A stretch of DNA of 15,231 nucleotides from an uncultured Ectothiorhodospiraceae bacterium (GTDB lineage Bacteria > Pseudomonadota > Gammaproteobacteria > CAYQDX01): contig CAYQDX010000001.1 in the NCBI GenBank assembly GCA_964416345.1, forward strand, positions 29,033 through 44,263. Reading direction: 5' to 3'. Both the position numbers and the translations under genes were made by a program. Position 1 is the stretch's first letter. Every line of letters starts with the position of its first letter. This document shows positions 13,869 through 15,231 of this stretch, in pieces. Under the pieces are notes generated by a model. The model saw nothing but the letters and a program-made list of their open reading frames with translations. It was not told where the DNA came from and ran no database searches.

Positions 13869-15076
13869 CAGCTTTGGTCCAGCAGCGTAATCCAGTGTGC
13901 CACCGGGACGTCCGCAGCGGTGTCCAGGTGGAGCTGGCAGCCGATGTTCGCCGTGGCGATGAGCTCCGGCCGTTGCTGCTGCAGCTGGCTGAGCTTGCGC
14001 TCGCGCAGCCTGGCGGCCAGCTCAGGTTGGAGTATGGAATAGGTTCCCGCCGACCCGCAGCACAGGTGGCTCTCGGCTACCGGGACCAGCTCATGGCCGA
14101 GCCGCGTGAGTATGCCTTCCACGAGCCCCCGCAAGCCCTGGCCGTGCTGAAGGGTGCAGGGCGGATGGAAGGCGATGCGCCGGATGGGTGTGGGGCGTAG
14201 CGCCTCTAGCGGCTCCGTTGCGAGCACTTCGCTGAGGTCTCGCGCCAGGGCGGCGATGCGCTCGGCCTTGGCCGCATAGCGCGGATCGCCTGCCAAATGG
14301 TGGCCGTAGTCCTTGATGAGGACTCCGCAGCCACTGGCGGTGCTGACGATGGCCTCGACGCCGGCCTCCACCTCGGGCCACCAGGCGTCGATGTTGCTGC
14401 GCATCTGCGCCCGCGCCTCGGCCTCGGCACCCAGGTGGGCGCTGACGGCACCGCAACAGCCCTCGCCCCGCACGCCGACAGGCTGGATGCCCAGCCGATC
14501 CAGCACCCGTGCGGCGGCGGCATTGATGTCAGGCGTCAGGGCCGGCTGCACGCAGCCCTCCAGCAGCAGCACGCGGCGTTCGCGCTTCCCCTCGGGACGT
14601 GCCGCGGCGACGACCCTGGCGGGCACCTTGCCCGCGAGGCGCCGAGGCAGCAGCGGGCGCAGCACCTGACCCAGGCGCAGCGCCGGGGTAAACAGCCAGC
14701 GTGTGGTGAGTGCCCGCCGCAGCAGCCAGCGCAGGCTGCGCTCCCCGGGGCCGCGCGGTGCGCGCTGCTCGATGAGCGGGCGCACGATATCCAGCAGGCG
14801 GCCGTACTGCACGCCGGACGGGCAGGTGGTCTCACAGTTGCGGCAGGTCAGGCAGCGGTCCAGATGCAGGCGCGTGCGCCGTGAGGTCTTGCCGCCTTCC
14901 AGCATCTGCTTCATCAAGTAGATGCGACCGCGCGGGCCGTCCAGCTCGTCGCCCAGCAACTGGTACGTGGGACAGGTGGCGTTGCAGAAGCCGCAGTGCA
15001 CGCAGGCGCGCAGGATCCGGTCGGCCTCCCGTCCCTGGGGGGACTCTTTGATGAAGTCGGCGAGATGAGTTTGCAC
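13868..15076 (-). CDS. glcF: Glycolate oxidase iron-sulfur subunit GlcF
   Basis: 402 aa with a GTG start. The N-terminus (V/M)QTHLADF...[38 protein letters not shown] is near-identical in pattern to E. coli GlcF. A second ferredoxin motif is [12 protein letters not shown]. The C-terminal CCG-type cysteine motifs CCGAV and CCGSAG are present. Confidence 0.9.
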   Translation of the reverse strand: MQTHLADFIKESPQGREADRILRACVHCGFCNATCPTYQLLGDELDGPRGRIYLMKQMLEGGKTSRRTRLHLDRCLTCRNCETTCPSGVQYGRLLDIVRPLIEQRAPRGPGERSLRWLLRRALTTRWLFTPALRLGQVLRPLLPRRLAGKVPARVVAAARPEGKRERRVLLLEGCVQPALTPDINAAAARVLDRLGIQPVGVRGEGCCGAVSAHLGAEAEARAQMRSNIDAWWPEVEAGVEAIVSTASGCGVLIKDYGHHLAGDPRYAAKAERIAALARDLSEVLATEPLEALRPTPIRRIAFHPPCTLQHGQGLRGLVEGILTRLGHELVPVAESHLCCGSAGTYSILQPELAARLRERKLSQLQQQRPELIATANIGCQLHLDTAADVPVAHWITLLDQS

Positions 15077-15087
15077 CGATCGGAGTC

Positions 15088-15231
15088 TCAGAGCTCGGGG
15101 TAGAGACGCCCGGGATTGAATACCCCGTCGGGGTCCAGGGCATGCTTGAGCCGCTGGTGCAGGCGCAGCAGGGGCTCCGGCAGCGGCTGGAAGACCTCGC
15201 CCGTGCCGTCGTGACCGCGAAACAGACAGGC
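15088..15231 (-). CDS. glcE: Glycolate oxidase FAD-binding subunit GlcE, 3' end only (the gene continues beyond the window)
   Basis: The minus-strand frame reads ...[37 protein letters not shown]-stop. This matches the GlcE C-terminus (…LDPxGIFNPGRMY…). The stop lies 11 nt upstream of the glcF start. Confidence 0.7.
   Translation of the reverse strand, partial: ACLFRGHDGTGEVFQPLPEPLLRLHQRLKHALDPDGVFNPGRLYPEL

Noticed and set aside
1-15231. tRNA, rRNA, CRISPR repeats, IS/transposase or integrase genes
   Set aside because: I scanned for tRNA T-arm signatures (GTTCGAATC-like), regularly spaced direct repeats and transposase/integrase-like ORFs on both strands. None were found.

Overview
High-GC (about 65%) proteobacterial-type chromosomal window with no rRNA, tRNA, CRISPR array, integrase or transposase. 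Contents from left to right: (1) a tightly packed plus-strand operon (48-4056) encoding a TPR-like hypothetical protein, a 393-aa protein with a degenerate receiver-like N-terminus, a small Ras-like GTPase of the MglA/CvnD type, a 227-aa unknown protein, a Roadblock/LC7 (MglB/CvnB-like) protein and a stand-alone CZB zinc-binding domain protein. This is a candidate uncharacterised small-GTPase signalling module. (2) A fused TMD-NBD ABC exporter of the cyclic-peptide (YojI/PvdE/SyrD) family with no NRPS nearby. (3) Minus-strand genes for a DUF697-like protein and an unlisted 59-aa two-helix membrane protein. (4) A translationally coupled trio: a 100-aa FabD-like acyltransferase remnant missing its whole catalytic core, a Sfp/EntD-type 4'-phosphopantetheinyl transferase, and a complete acyltransferase with GYSIGE at the nucleophile elbow. 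No ACP, KS or NRPS gene is in the window. (5) An SPFH/Band-7 protein with extra N-terminal hydrophobic segments and a long Pro/Ala/Ser-rich tail. (6) A secreted TlpA-like thioredoxin on the minus strand. (7) An unusual 1.1-kb non-coding, lower-GC region carrying CRP-family palindromes and CACGTG boxes. (8) A secreted Sel1-repeat protein. (9) A 470-bp AT-richer leader with GAATAT direct repeats and an extended -10 box ahead of a 92-aa small ORF. (10) Convergent glcF (complete) and glcE (3' end) at the right edge. Many long ORFs in the six-frame track are high-GC artefacts overlapping these genes.
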